Part shown: piece by piece, positions 29,295 through 39,399 of the stretch | Layout: each line of letters begins with the position of its first letter | Position numbering within the stretch: position 1 is the first letter of the stretch | Source: an uncultured Trueperaceae bacterium | GTDB taxonomy: Bacteria; Deinococcota; Deinococci; Deinococcales; Trueperaceae | Direction of reading: 5' to 3' | NCBI GenBank assembly: GCA_963815215.1 | Contig: CAWFFU010000003.1 | Span: 640,001 to 704,000 of the forward strand | DNA: 64,000 nt | The notes under the pieces: model-generated | Told to the model about the DNA's origin: nothing | Databases searched by the model: none | The model's input: the letters and a program-made list of their open reading frames with translations, nothing else | Made by a program: the position numbers and the translations under genes

Positions 29295-30481
29295 GACGTC
29301 TCCTCCTGCACGGCTTCGCCGCCAATGTGTCCGAGGCCGGCCAGCTCGGCGGTCGCTCGGGCGATCACTCGCTCTTCGTCGGTGGGCACCACCAACACGG
29401 CCACCGTCCCTCCGTCGGCCGAGATCCGCTCGGCGTGTAGCTCGTTCCGACGCGCGTCGATGCGCACGCCCAGGAACTCCAGGCCGGCCATGCTCTCCTG
29501 CCGGATGCTGGCGTCGTGCTCGCCGATCCCGCCGGTGAAGACGATGCCATCGAGGCCGCCCATGGCCGCCGCGTACGCGCCCACGGTCTTGGTGATGCGG
29601 TAGGCGAACACTTCCAACGCGGCGTGGGCGTCCGGATCGCCGCCATCGGCCGCGGCCCGCACGTCGCGCATGTCGTTCGACACCCCCGACACACCGAGAA
29701 GCCCCGACTCCCGGTTGAGCAGCCGGTCCAGCGCCTCGGGGTCCATACCGTCACGCAGCAGGTGGAGAAGAACCCCGGGATCGACCTCGCCGCTCCGCGT
29801 CCCCATCAGCAGCCCGTCCAGCGGAGTGAAGCCCATGCTGGTGTCGATGCTGCGTCCTCCGGCCACGGCCGCTGCGCTGGCACCGTTGCCCAGGTGCAGC
29901 GAGACCAGCTTGAGCGCTTCACGCGGCCGCCCCAGGATCTCGGCGGCGCGCTCGGTCACGAAGTCGTGGCTGGTCCCGTGGAAGCCGTACCGGCGGATGC
30001 GGCGCGACCGATAGAGATCGATCGGGAGGCCGAACAGGAAGGCGCGGGTCGGCATGCCGGCGTGGAACGCGGTGTCGAACACCGCCACGTGCGGTACATC
30101 GGGCAACAGCGCCCTGGCCGCGCGGATCCCTTCGAGGTTGGCGGGGTTGTGCAGCGGAGCGAGCGTCGACAGCTCGTCGATGATGGCCTCGACGGACGCG
30201 TCGATGATCACCGGACGCGAGAAGCGCATGCCGCCGTGCACCACGCGGTGCCCGACGGCACCGATACCGCCGGGCGGCAAGTGCTCCTCGAGCAACTCCA
30301 GCACGCGACGGAGCGCCTCATCGTGGTGCGCCAGCCCGCCCGTGCGGGCCGGACCGAAGCTGCTGACGATGTTCGTGTCGCCACCGATCCGCTCGACCAG
30401 GACGGAGTGATCGGCCGGGAACAACTTGACCTTCAGGCTCGAGCTCCCCGCGTTCACCACGAGGACGCTGGCTTCGTGCAT
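29291..30481 (-). CDS. ackA: Acetate kinase
   Basis: Motifs VNAGSSSLK, GHRVVHGG, LAPLHN, FDTAFH, RYGFHGTSH, MGTRSG and FTGGIGE. Confidence 0.96.
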   Translation of the reverse strand: MHEASVLVVNAGSSSLKVKLFPADHSVLVERIGGDTNIVSSFGPARTGGLAHHDEALRRVLELLEEHLPPGGIGAVGHRVVHGGMRFSRPVIIDASVEAIIDELSTLAPLHNPANLEGIRAARALLPDVPHVAVFDTAFHAGMPTRAFLFGLPIDLYRSRRIRRYGFHGTSHDFVTERAAEILGRPREALKLVSLHLGNGASAAAVAGGRSIDTSMGFTPLDGLLMGTRSGEVDPGVLLHLLRDGMDPEALDRLLNRESGLLGVSGVSNDMRDVRAAADGGDPDAHAALEVFAYRITKTVGAYAAAMGGLDGIVFTGGIGEHDASIRQESMAGLEFLGVRIDARRNELHAERISADGGTVAVLVVPTDEERVIARATAELAGLGHIGGEAVQEETS

Positions 30482-30718
30482 GACTTCCTCCGAGCGGCCC
30501 GCCGGGCCTTCCTGGCCGACGGGCGCGGCCGCGCCGCGGCGGAGGGACCGGCGTCCGAGCGGCGCCGCGACCCCGGCAAAGTCTACCAGAGCGCCGCGGC
30601 GGGCCCGGAGGCGGGCCGGGACGGTTGCCTTTAGCGTAGGACGCTCAGGTTATGTATAAATGGGCATAGGCACCGACGCTCCCCGCGGAGTATCCTCTAG
30701 GCATGAGAGGAGGAGTCC

Positions 30719-31141
30719 ATGTATCGTCTGTTCACCCTCACCGAAGCGACCCGTCTCCTCCCTGTGGTGGACGAGCATCTCGGCGCGCTCCAGGGCGCCG
30801 CCGCTGACCTTGCGCGTCTCCGCGAACGCGGCTCCGCCGTGGAGGCCGCCACCATCGAGGCGGTCAACCTGAGCCGCGAGACGGCCTTCCTACTCGAGGT
30901 GGTCCACACCAGCAAGGCCGAACTCGACCGCCTTGGCGTGCAGATCCGCGATGTCCAGGAGGGCCTGGTGGATTTCCCCAGCCAGCTCGGCGCCGAGGTC
31001 GTGTGCTTGACCTGGGAGAAGGGGCAGGACGCCATCACCCACTACCATCCCCTCAGCGGCGAGGCCGACGCCCGCCCGCTGCCTGGCACGGGCGACGGCG
31101 CTCACGGCGCGGCCGGCTCGGACGGGCACCCCAGCGCCTGA
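30719..31141 (+). CDS. DUF2203 family protein
   Basis: FTLTEATRLLP, GVQIRD..GLVDFP and CLTWEKGQ..ITHYH. AGGAGGAG RBS. Confidence 0.88.
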   Translation: MYRLFTLTEATRLLPVVDEHLGALQGAAADLARLRERGSAVEAATIEAVNLSRETAFLLEVVHTSKAELDRLGVQIRDVQEGLVDFPSQLGAEVVCLTWEKGQDAITHYHPLSGEADARPLPGTGDGAHGAAGSDGHPSA

Positions 31142-31187
31142 GCGAACCGAACCGTCGACGTTCGAGGGGGTCGCGAGACACCCCGCC

Positions 31188-31928
31188 CTACGGGCCTGAG
31201 CGGCCGACGGACACGGCGGGGCTCCCTTCCTGGCGGGTGCCGAAGTCGCGGATCAGGCGCGGCACGAATCCCAGAGCATCGGCGGCGACGAAGTGCACGT
31301 CGATAGCATCGAGCCGCTCCAGTACCCCTTCCGAATCGCCGTGGACGTGGCCGAACACCAGCGCGTCCGGCGCCGCCCTGCGCAGCACACGGGTGAACTC
31401 CGACGGCTCGAGCCTGGGGTTGGTCGGCGGGAAGTGGAGCATCACCACACGGTAGTCGCCCCCGAGCCGCTCGGCGGCCCGCAGCGACAACTCGAGGCGC
31501 TCCACTTCCCGCCGGTAGATCTTGTCGTCCTGCTCCGTGAACCCTCGACTCCCGGGACACGCCCACCCGCGAGTGCCCGCGATCACCACGCCGTCGAGGG
31601 CGATGGCGTCGTTCTGCACAGCGTACATGCCCTCGGGAAGGCCCCGCCGGAGTTTGGAGATCGACGGCCACCAGTAGTCGTGGTTCCCGCGCAGGATCAC
31701 CTTGCGCCCGGGCAGGGAGGCGATATCGGTCAGGTCCAGGAGCGCGTCCTCGAACCGCATCGCCCAGGACAGGTCACCCGGCACGAGCACCAAGTCGTCG
31801 GCCTGCACGACCTTGCGCCAGCCGTCGAAGAAGGCCTCGGGATGGCCCTGCCAGGTCTCACCGAAGATGGTCATCGGCTTGGGATCGGCGCGGGACAGGT
31901 GTGGGTCGGCGATGGCGAAAAGGCGCAT
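31188..31928 (-). CDS. Calcineurin-like metallophosphoesterase
   Basis: Motifs ADPHLS, PGDLSWA, RGNHDYWW, LHFPP and FGHVH. Confidence 0.93.
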   Translation of the reverse strand: MRLFAIADPHLSRADPKPMTIFGETWQGHPEAFFDGWRKVVQADDLVLVPGDLSWAMRFEDALLDLTDIASLPGRKVILRGNHDYWWPSISKLRRGLPEGMYAVQNDAIALDGVVIAGTRGWACPGSRGFTEQDDKIYRREVERLELSLRAAERLGGDYRVVMLHFPPTNPRLEPSEFTRVLRRAAPDALVFGHVHGDSEGVLERLDAIDVHFVAADALGFVPRLIRDFGTRQEGSPAVSVGRSGP

Positions 31929-31940
31929 CGGGGACCCAGT

Positions 31941-32462
31941 CTACCGTGGGCGCCAGGCCAGCCGGGTACGCTCGATGCCCGAGCGCCCGACACGGTCGAG
32001 CGCTGCGCAGGCGCGTTCGTGCGTGACGGGGTGGCGCCACCCGGGAAGCAGCTCGCACAGCGGCGCCAGCACGAACCCCCGGTCCATCACGCGGGGATGC
32101 GGCAACGTCAGGCGCGGCGTATCGATCACCCGCGGGCCCACCGCCAGCAGATCCAGGTCCAGCGTTCGGGGACCCCAACGCTCGCGCCGCTCGCGGCCCT
32201 GGCGCTGTTCGATCGCCAGAAGGGCGTCGAGCAGCGCTTCGGGCTCGCTCAGCTCGGGCAACGGATCGAGCACCGCCACGCCGTTGAGGTAATCGGGCTG
32301 CCCCGCAGGACCCCCCACCGGCGCGGTGCGATAGAGCGACGAGAAGCGGCACGCGCTCGCCAGGTCCTGCAGAGCGCCGGCGGCGAGCCGCAACTGCGTC
32401 AAGGGGTGGTCCAGGTTGCTGCCCAGCGCCACCAGCGCCGGCCCCGAGGGCAACGTCCGCAC
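31941..32462 (-). CDS. folK: 2-amino-4-hydroxy-6-hydroxymethyldihydropteridine diphosphokinase
   Basis: Motifs ALGSNL, SSLYRTAP, QPDYLNGV, RWGPRTLDLDLL and LTLPHPR. Start codon is inferred. Confidence 0.94.
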   Translation of the reverse strand: MRTLPSGPALVALGSNLDHPLTQLRLAAGALQDLASACRFSSLYRTAPVGGPAGQPDYLNGVAVLDPLPELSEPEALLDALLAIEQRQGRERRERWGPRTLDLDLLAVGPRVIDTPRLTLPHPRVMDRGFVLAPLCELLPGWRHPVTHERACAALDRVGRSGIERTRLAWRPR

Positions 32463-32469
32463 GTCGGTC

Positions 32470-32823
32470 TCAGGCGCGCTCGCGCCGGACCTCGACGTAG
32501 ACGTCGCGCAGCACCCCGGGGAGCGGCGCGTGGGGCTTGTGCACCCGCACCAGAACGCTCTGCGCACGTGTCTCCGACGCGAGGAGGGCTCCGGCGATGT
32601 GCGCCGCCAGGGCCTCGATGAGCTTGTAGCGTTTCTCCGTCACTTCGCTCCGGACCAGGCTGTAGACACGGCTGTAGTCGACGGTCTGCCGCAGGCTGTC
32701 TTGCTCGGGCAGATCGAGGCTGAGTTCCACGTCCACCACGAAGCGTGCTCCCATCTTCGATTCTTCCTCGAAGACGCCGTGGTAGCCGTGGAACTCCAAC
32801 CCCTCCAGCACGATCCTATCCAT
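32470..32823 (-). CDS. folB: Dihydroneopterin aldolase
   Basis: Motifs FHGYHGVFEEE, TVDYS, LIEALA and VHKPHAP. Confidence 0.96.
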   Translation of the reverse strand: MDRIVLEGLEFHGYHGVFEEESKMGARFVVDVELSLDLPEQDSLRQTVDYSRVYSLVRSEVTEKRYKLIEALAAHIAGALLASETRAQSVLVRVHKPHAPLPGVLRDVYVEVRRERA

Positions 32824-33805
32824 CGCGCACCCCCGCCGCCGGGCGCTCGAACGCTTCGATGGCGCTCAGGACCGACAGCGCCTGACGATGCTCCGCCACG
32901 TCGTGGACTCGCAGCAGCGCGGCGCCGCGCGCAGCGGCGTAGAGGTGGAGGGCCAGGCTGCCGGGCAGCCTCCGGCCGGGGTCCGGAGGCTCGCTGCCGG
33001 CCGCGGCCAACGCGGCGATCATGTGTTTGCGAGAACCTCCCACCAGCAGCGGAATGCCGTGCCCGGCTAGGCGCCGCGTCGCCGCCACGAGCGCGAGATT
33101 GTGCTCCACCGTCTTGCCGAAGCCGATGCCGGGGTCCAGCACGACCGATGGCACGCCGTCGGCCAGTGCCAGGCGGGCGCGCTCGAGCAACGCCTGCTCC
33201 ACCTCGGTCACGACGTCGCCGTAGTGCGGCGAGCACTGCATGGTGCGCGGCTCCCCCTGCATGTGCATCACCACGGCGGGAACGCCGGCCTCTGCGCATA
33301 CCGCGCGCATGTCTTGGCTGGCCAGCCCCCGGATGTCGTTGACGAGGCAGGCGCCCGCCGCCAGCGCCTCGCGCGCGACCGTCGGCTTCACCGTATCGAT
33401 GCTGACGCGCACGCCGCGCTCCGCCAGGCCCGCGACCACCGGCACCACGCGCCGCAGCTCCTCGCTCTCGGTCACGCCCTCGGCACCGGGGCGGCTAGAC
33501 TCGCCACCGACGTCGACGAAGGCGGCGCCCTGCTCCCACTGTCGGAGCCCGGCCTCCACCGCGGCGACGGGATCCCCCGCGAAAAGGTCGCCATCGCTGA
33601 AGCTGTCCGGCGTCACGTTGACGATGCCCATCAGGGCGGCCGCACGCCAGCGAAGCGTCCATCGCCCCGCGCCCGGCTCGGCGCCCGGCACGGGGCGCCC
33701 GAAGTCGAGGCGGTGATCGAGCTCGGCCCACGACGTCCCCGCCTCGGAACCGATCGCCGGAGCCTGGACCGGAGCGCCTCCGCACCGTGGCGCGCGTTCA
33801 GCCAC
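32816..33805 (-). CDS. folP: Dihydropteroate synthase (start codon uncertain, may lie up to about 100 nt downstream)
   Basis: Motifs [43 protein letters not shown] and RVHDV. Confidence 0.93.
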   Translation of the reverse strand: MAERAPRCGGAPVQAPAIGSEAGTSWAELDHRLDFGRPVPGAEPGAGRWTLRWRAAALMGIVNVTPDSFSDGDLFAGDPVAAVEAGLRQWEQGAAFVDVGGESSRPGAEGVTESEELRRVVPVVAGLAERGVRVSIDTVKPTVAREALAAGACLVNDIRGLASQDMRAVCAEAGVPAVVMHMQGEPRTMQCSPHYGDVVTEVEQALLERARLALADGVPSVVLDPGIGFGKTVEHNLALVAATRRLAGHGIPLLVGGSRKHMIAALAAAGSEPPDPGRRLPGSLALHLYAAARGAALLRVHDVAEHRQALSVLSAIEAFERPAAGVRDG

Positions 33806-35006
33806 GCCCGTCTGCTTCCCGGTGCCCGACCGGAACCTTCGGCATGGGCCTGGCGTCCGCGACCACCCAGTCGGGCGGCCGCGGTCCGAGACCCAGGCGC
33901 CACCCCACCGCCTGCGCCACGCGCACGCTCGCGAGGCCGTCCCCGTAGGGGTTGGGAGCACGGCGCATGGCCTCCAGCACGGCAGGCTCGGCCAGCATCG
34001 CGGTGATGCCGGCCTCGACCGCTGCCGGTTCGTTACCGAGCAGCTTGAGCACGCCGGTCTCGACCCCTTCGGGTCTCTCGGTGACGTTGCGCAGCACCGC
34101 CACCGGCACGCCCAGCGCCGCGCCCTCCTCCTGGATGCCTCCCGAATCGGTGACGATCATCTCGCTGCGCTCCAACAGCGCGAGCATCCCGAGGTAGTCC
34201 CAGGGGTCCTCCAGCAGGACGTTGGCCAGCCCTCCCAGCGCAGGCGTGATCGCCTCGCGCACGGCCGGGTTGAGATGGACCGGATAGACGAAGGTGCGGT
34301 CCGGGTGGGCGCGGGCTACGCGTGCCAGCGCACCGGCCAGCTCCGCCATGACCGGCAGGTTCTCGCGTCGGTGCATGGTGATGGCGATCACCGGACCCGG
34401 TGGGAGCTCCCGCGGCAGCCGCGCCTGCCGGCTCGCCTGGCGGACGCCGTCCACCGCCGTGTTGCCGGTGACGATCATGGCGTTCTCGCTCTTGCCCTCG
34501 GCCAACAGGTTGCGCTTGGCGAGTTCGGTGGGCGGAAGGTCCAGATCGGTCACGACGTCCGTGAGCCGGCGGTTGGCCTCCTCGGGAAAGGGCTGTGCCA
34601 GATCGTGGGATCGCAGGCCAGCCTCGACGTGGGCGACGGGAATGCCTTCGAAGAACGCCGCCAGCGCCACCGCGAAGGTCGTCAGCGTGTCGCCGTGGAC
34701 CAGGACGTAGTCGGGAGCCAGCTCGCGCAGCGTGCGGGCCGCCGCGGGGACGATGCGGGCCATCAACTCGGGCAGCGTCTGCCGCTCGGTCATGACCGCC
34801 AGGTCGGCGTCGGGAACGATGCCGAAGATGCGGAGCGAAGCATCGAGCTGCTCGCGGTGCTGCCCGGTCACGAGCGTGACCGGCCGCAGGCCCGGCGCTT
34901 CGGCCAGGGCCCGCACCACGGGGGCCATCTTGTTCGCTTCGGGCCGGGTGCCGAAGGCCACGCAGATACGGGCGCCGTCGGCGCGGAACCCCTCGTCCTC
35001 GCTCAC
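33798..35006 (-). CDS. wecB: UDP-N-acetylglucosamine 2-epimerase (non-hydrolysing)
   Basis: Motifs [44 protein letters not shown] and TERPEG. GTGA overlap with the upstream gene. Confidence 0.95.
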   Translation of the reverse strand: MSEDEGFRADGARICVAFGTRPEANKMAPVVRALAEAPGLRPVTLVTGQHREQLDASLRIFGIVPDADLAVMTERQTLPELMARIVPAAARTLRELAPDYVLVHGDTLTTFAVALAAFFEGIPVAHVEAGLRSHDLAQPFPEEANRRLTDVVTDLDLPPTELAKRNLLAEGKSENAMIVTGNTAVDGVRQASRQARLPRELPPGPVIAITMHRRENLPVMAELAGALARVARAHPDRTFVYPVHLNPAVREAITPALGGLANVLLEDPWDYLGMLALLERSEMIVTDSGGIQEEGAALGVPVAVLRNVTERPEGVETGVLKLLGNEPAAVEAGITAMLAEPAVLEAMRRAPNPYGDGLASVRVAQAVGWRLGLGPRPPDWVVADARPMPKVPVGHREADGRG

Positions 35007-36109
35007 GGCGCCGGCTCCCGACCTTCCCGCCGCACCTCGGCCAGCCGCAACACCGACACCCCCGCGATCATCACCACCGTGAGCACCAGGGTCAGGAAGG
35101 TCAGCACCGGAGGCGTCTTGGAGAGCGTCATGCCGACCAACCCCAGCGCAAGCGTCGCAGCCCACAGCGCGATGACGGTCCCGCGGTTGGAGCCCGAGCG
35201 GGCGCGCAGCAGATCGTGGATGTGATCGTTGGCGGCCTCAGCTGGGCTGGCGCCACGGCGCAGGCGGCGGAACGTCACCTGGGTGATGTTCACCACCGGC
35301 AACGCCAACACCAGGATCGGCGCCACTACCGTGACCGCCGCCGTCACCTTGAGGGCCCCCAGGACGCTGACCGCCGCCAGGACGTAGCCCAGCAGGTAGG
35401 CGCCCGAGTCCCCCATGATGATCTTGGCCGGGCTGAAGTTGTGGCGCAGGAAACCGAGCGCGGCGCCCGCCAGCGCCGCCAGCAGCAGCACCGCCGCGCC
35501 GCGGTCGGGGAACTGCAGGGCCACAGCCAGAAGGCTCATGCTGGAGATGGCGGCGATCCCCGACGACAGGCCGTCGAGGCCGTCGATGAAGTTGAAGGCA
35601 TTGGTGAACCCGACCACCCACAGCAACGTCACCAGCACGGTCGCCAGCTCTGGGATGAACACGTAGGTCGTGGGGCCGAAGTAGTTGGTCACGAAACCGA
35701 TGCTGACGCCGTTGACGACCAGGATCCCGGCGGCCACGAACTGCGAGGCCAGCCGCATGGCGGGCGGCACCTCCCACATGTCATCGATGAACCCCACCAG
35801 CGCCATCAGCGCCGCACCGAGGGCGATGGCGAGGAGCTGCACGCGGTTGGGATCGATCTGGTCGGGCGCCACCAGGCTCCCCACCAGCAATGCCAGCAGG
35901 AAGCCTCCCAGGATGGCGATGCCCCCGATGTTGGGAACGGCACCCTGATGCACGCGGCGGCCGCGCCCATGGACGCCCCCACCCTCCTGCACGGCATCGA
36001 TCCGGAGCGCGAAGCGCCGGATGCGTGGAACGAACAGACCGACCGCCACCAGTGCCGTCACGAACGCGATGGAGGCGCCAGGCAGGAAGGCGACGAGCGA
36101 TGGGCTCAC
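35003..36109 (-). CDS. wecA: MraY/WecA/TagO family undecaprenyl-phosphate GlcNAc-1-phosphate transferase
   Basis: Motifs [31 protein letters not shown] and DHIH, with many TM helices. Confidence 0.9.
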   Translation of the reverse strand: MSPSLVAFLPGASIAFVTALVAVGLFVPRIRRFALRIDAVQEGGGVHGRGRRVHQGAVPNIGGIAILGGFLLALLVGSLVAPDQIDPNRVQLLAIALGAALMALVGFIDDMWEVPPAMRLASQFVAAGILVVNGVSIGFVTNYFGPTTYVFIPELATVLVTLLWVVGFTNAFNFIDGLDGLSSGIAAISSMSLLAVALQFPDRGAAVLLLAALAGAALGFLRHNFSPAKIIMGDSGAYLLGYVLAAVSVLGALKVTAAVTVVAPILVLALPVVNITQVTFRRLRRGASPAEAANDHIHDLLRARSGSNRGTVIALWAATLALGLVGMTLSKTPPVLTFLTLVLTVVMIAGVSVLRLAEVRREGREPAP

Positions 36110-36215
36110 GGGACCATTCTAGGACGGTGCGTGACAGCGAAGCGTGCGGCGCGGCGCCCGCGGGCCCGACGGCGGGCCCGCGGCCCGAGCCTGCGCACGC
36201 GCGCGCAGGGCGCGC

Positions 36216-36842
36216 TCACCGAGTGCCGTAGATGCGGTCGCCGGCATCGCCCAGCCCGGGAACGATGTAGCCATGCTCGTCCAGGCGCTCGTCGCGCGCC
36301 GCCAGGATGATGTCGAGCTCGGGGTGGGCCTTCTGGACCACGTCGATGCCTTCGGGCGCTCCCAGGATGCACAGCAGCTTGATCGACTTGGCCCCGTGCG
36401 CCTCCAGCACCTCGACGGCCCTGGCGGCGCTGCCGCCGGTCGCCAGCATCGGGTCGAGAAGGAACACCTGTCGATCGGCGATGTCGCCGGGGAGCTTGCA
36501 GTAGTACTCCACCGGTTGCAGCGTCTCCGGGTCGCGGTAGAGACCGATGTGCCCCACGCGCGCATTGGGCACCAGGCTCAGGATGCCGTCGACCATGATC
36601 AGGCCGGCCCGCAGGATGCCGACCAGCGCCAGCTTCTTTCCCGACAGGCGCTTCACCTGGGCAGGGGCGACCGGCGTCTGGACCACGGCGTCCTCGAGCG
36701 GGAGGTCGCGCATCCCCTCGAACGCCATCAGCATGGTGATCTCGGTACAGAGCTCGCGGAAGTCGCGCACATTGGTCTCACGGTCGCGCAGGATCGAGAG
36801 CTTGTGCTGGATCAGCGGGTGGTCGACGACGGTGACGGGCAT
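36216..36842 (-). CDS. upp: Uracil phosphoribosyltransferase
   Basis: Motifs [30 protein letters not shown] and [12 protein letters not shown]. Confidence 0.97.
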   Translation of the reverse strand: MPVTVVDHPLIQHKLSILRDRETNVRDFRELCTEITMLMAFEGMRDLPLEDAVVQTPVAPAQVKRLSGKKLALVGILRAGLIMVDGILSLVPNARVGHIGLYRDPETLQPVEYYCKLPGDIADRQVFLLDPMLATGGSAARAVEVLEAHGAKSIKLLCILGAPEGIDVVQKAHPELDIILAARDERLDEHGYIVPGLGDAGDRIYGTR

Positions 36843-36870
36843 GGCTCACTCCTGTCCGACGGGTGCTGCA

Positions 36871-36901
36871 GGAAACGGCCGCCCCCCTGAGGGAGCGGCC
36901 G
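36871..36901 (-). terminator. Probable terminator downstream of tRNA-Ser
   Basis: CGGCCGC...GCGGCCG hairpin followed by TTT on the minus strand. Confidence 0.5.
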
Positions 36902-36904
36902 CGT

Positions 36905-36995
<91 letters not shown>

Positions 36996-37058
36996 CTGGG
37001 TCTCGCCGGCGAACCGGCCCGTGCGCACGGCCGGGCCGCCCGGCCTCGGAGCGTGGAG

Positions 37059-37087
37059 AGTATACCCTACCCGTCGCCGACCGTCGA
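37059..37087 (-). promoter_or_regulatory. Sigma-A-like promoter for tRNA-Ser
   Basis: TCGACG-N17-TATACT on the minus strand. Confidence 0.65.
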
Positions 37088-37137
37088 CAGCAAGATGCGC
37101 CGCCGCCGCGCCGCTCGATCGTTCGGTCCGTTGGCCC

Positions 37138-37167
37138 TTGACGGGAGACCCGGCCGTTCCATACACT
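37138..37167 (+). promoter_or_regulatory. Sigma-A promoter for tRNA-Gln(CTG)
   Basis: TTGACG-N18-TACACT. Confidence 0.72.
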
Positions 37168-37182
37168 CGTGTTCGTCCTCGC

Positions 37183-37256
37183 TGGCCCATCGTCTAATGG
37201 CAGGACAACCGGTTCTGGTCCGGTCGGTCGGGGTTCGAATCCCTGTGGGCCAGCCA
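37183..37256 (+). tRNA. tRNA-Gln (anticodon CTG)
   Basis: TGGCCCA acceptor stem, ACCGG-TT-CTG-GT-CCGGT anticodon arm, GGTTCGAATCC and encoded CCA. Confidence 0.96.
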
Positions 37257-37321
37257 TTTTCTTTGCCTTCCCGACCCGGGTCGCCACGAACAGTCCGAAG
37301 TCGCGTCCACGACGTGTCCGG

Positions 37322-37351
37322 TTGACACTCTTGCGGGGTCGCGGATAGACT
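37322..37351 (+). promoter_or_regulatory. Sigma-A promoter for tRNA-Gln(TTG)
   Basis: TTGACA-N18-TAGACT. Confidence 0.75.
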
Positions 37352-37392
37352 CTGCCTGTCCCGGCCGGTGCGGCCGGGCCCGTCCGCCCCGT

Positions 37393-37466
37393 TGGCCCAT
37401 CGTCTAATGGCAGGACAACCGGTTTTGGTCCGGTCGGTCGGGGTTCGAATCCCTGTGGGCCAGCCA
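37393..37466 (+). tRNA. tRNA-Gln (anticodon TTG)
   Basis: Same body as the upstream tRNA-Gln but with anticodon arm ACCGG-TT-TTG-GT-CCGGT. Encoded CCA. Confidence 0.96.
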
Positions 37467-37468
37467 GC

Positions 37469-37492
37469 ATCGCCTCCCGTTCGGGAGGCGAT
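37469..37492. terminator. Hairpin between tRNA-Gln(TTG) and the convergent dehydrogenase gene
   Basis: ATCGCCTCCCG...CGGGAGGCGAT inverted repeat. Confidence 0.65.
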
Positions 37493-37514
37493 TCCCGTGG
37501 GGTCGCGGGGCTCT

Positions 37515-38372
37515 TCACTCCTCCTTCCGGTAGTCGTAGAAGCCCTGCCCGCTCTTGCGCCCGAGGCGGCCCGCCTCCACCAGCTTCCGCAACCGCTGCG
37601 GTGGCCGGAATCGCTCGCCCATGGCGTCGGTCATCGACTCCGCGATGTAGAGCATGGTGTCCAGTCCGATGTAATCCGACAGCTCGAGCGGCCCCATCGG
37701 GTGGTTGAGGCCGAGCCGCACGGCGGCGTCGATGTCCTCCGCGCTGGCGACGCCCTCTTCCAACATGCGCACGCCCTCGAGCAGCAGGGCGGCCACGGCG
37801 CGGGTGGTGACGAAGCCCTGTCGGTCGGCAACGGTGACGGTGGTCTTGCCGCAACGCCCGGCCACTTCCCGGGTGGTTGCGAGGGTGGCCTCGGACGTCT
37901 GCACCGCGCGCACGATCTCCACCAGGGCCATGCGTTCGGGGGGGTTGAACCAGTGCATCCCGACGACCCGCTCCGGGTGCATGGTGGCCGCCGCGATCGC
38001 GGTGACCGACAGCTCGCTGGTGTTGGTCGCCAGCACCGCGGTCGTCGGCGCATGCCGGCTCAGCTCTCCGAACAGACGGCGCTTGAGGTCCAGTTGCTCC
38101 GGAGCCGCCTCGATGACGAGATCGGCGTCGGCTACGGCCTCCGGGAGGTCGCCGGTCAGGAGCAGCCGCCGGTCGATCACACCCGGCTCGTTGCGTTTGG
38201 CGATGCGGGTCGCCGCCCGCTCCCTGGCCTCCGGCACCACGTCGTAGAGCGCCACGCGCAGGCCGCTCGCCAGGAGCAGGGCAGCGATCCCGCCCCCCAT
38301 GGTCCCGGCTCCCAGCACCGCCACCCGCTCCACCGGCATGCCGCCGGCCGTCTTCTCCGCATCGTTGCTCAT
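37515..38372 (-). CDS. 3-hydroxyacyl-CoA (3-hydroxybutyryl-CoA) dehydrogenase
   Basis: Motifs GAGTMGGG, IEAAPE, ATNTS, GMHWFNP, HPMGPLELSDYIGLD and GRKSGQGFY. Confidence 0.94.
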   Translation of the reverse strand: MSNDAEKTAGGMPVERVAVLGAGTMGGGIAALLLASGLRVALYDVVPEARERAATRIAKRNEPGVIDRRLLLTGDLPEAVADADLVIEAAPEQLDLKRRLFGELSRHAPTTAVLATNTSELSVTAIAAATMHPERVVGMHWFNPPERMALVEIVRAVQTSEATLATTREVAGRCGKTTVTVADRQGFVTTRAVAALLLEGVRMLEEGVASAEDIDAAVRLGLNHPMGPLELSDYIGLDTMLYIAESMTDAMGERFRPPQRLRKLVEAGRLGRKSGQGFYDYRKEE

Positions 38373-38413
38373 GGTTGCCTCCCTCTCCCGGCGGCTGCGC
38401 CGGCCGACCCAGT

Positions 38414-39190
38414 CTAGGTCCCCGGCCGGAGGGGCGCGTACAGGTCGTAGCGCGTGGTGGTACCCACCAGGCTCCCGCTGGGGGCGGCTGCCCCGGCCCC
38501 AGCTCCCAGCGCCGCGCCGCGCCGGGGCCGCTTGACCACGACCCGTTTGAGCGCCACCCGGAGCGCGGCCTGCAACATCTCGTCCGCGTCGGCGTCCGCG
38601 CCGACCAGGGCGCGGAACAGCGCCATGCCTTTGTTGGGCAGCGCGCGCTTGCCGGCGTCTGGGTACATGGGGTCGAGCAGCACCACGCTCGGCGCGGGAT
38701 GGATCCCACCGAGCAGGAGCCGCGCGTCGCCGACCGACAGGGACAGTCGAGCCACGGCCTGCCGAGCGCCGTCCCCCTCATGCCCGGCGCCGCCACGCCG
38801 CAGCGCGTCCTCGAGGAGCGCGGCGACGAGCGGGTGGCGTTCGATCATGTGCACGCGCACGCCGTTCACGGCGAGGTGGAAGGCATCGGCGCCCAGTCCC
38901 GCGGTGGCGTCGACCACCACGGCTCCCTCCTCCAGGCGCCCCACGGCACGCAGCAGCAGGTCGCGGCCCCCGACCCGCCGGCGCGTCAGCGCACGGGACG
39001 CGGCCGTGACTCTCGGCCCCTGTCCCAACCGCAACGCCAGGCCCTCCGGCCCGACCTCGAGGACCACCCCCAGGTCGGGACTATCGGTGGACGTCAGGGG
39101 CAACGCGAGGCGCTCGGCCCAGGCCGCGGCTTCCTCGCGGCTGCCGGCATCCGAGGCCCACACGACGGCGTCGGGGTGGGCGGCGCACAC
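38414..39190 (-). CDS. rsmJ: RsmJ-like 16S rRNA m2G1516 SAM-dependent methyltransferase
   Basis: Motifs VVDATAGLGAD, IERHP, LDPMYP, RVVVKRP and TRYDLY. TAGCAT lies 7 nt before GTG 39190. Confidence 0.82.
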   Translation of the reverse strand: MCAAHPDAVVWASDAGSREEAAAWAERLALPLTSTDSPDLGVVLEVGPEGLALRLGQGPRVTAASRALTRRRVGGRDLLLRAVGRLEEGAVVVDATAGLGADAFHLAVNGVRVHMIERHPLVAALLEDALRRGGAGHEGDGARQAVARLSLSVGDARLLLGGIHPAPSVVLLDPMYPDAGKRALPNKGMALFRALVGADADADEMLQAALRVALKRVVVKRPRRGAALGAGAGAAAPSGSLVGTTTRYDLYAPLRPGT

Positions 39191-39399
39191 GCCTCCCATG
39201 CTACGCCGGGCGCGTTCGGTCCCGGCTACCGAAGGCGCGTCCGGCGGGGTTCACGGCGTCATGGGCGGGTGATACCATGCAAGGGGGATATGCATCACGC
39301 GCCTCGCAACAGATGGTGAGGCTCGTGCTCCGCTTACGTTTCGCAAGCACATCGCTTCCAACGCTTACGATGACAATCCCCGTTCGAAGGAGGACGCCC

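Noticed and set aside
30650..30669. DdrO radiation/desiccation response motif (RDRM)
   Set aside because: The left half TTATGT fits, but the complementary half is 3 nt too far away for the 17-bp RDRM palindrome. Kept only as a generic candidate site.
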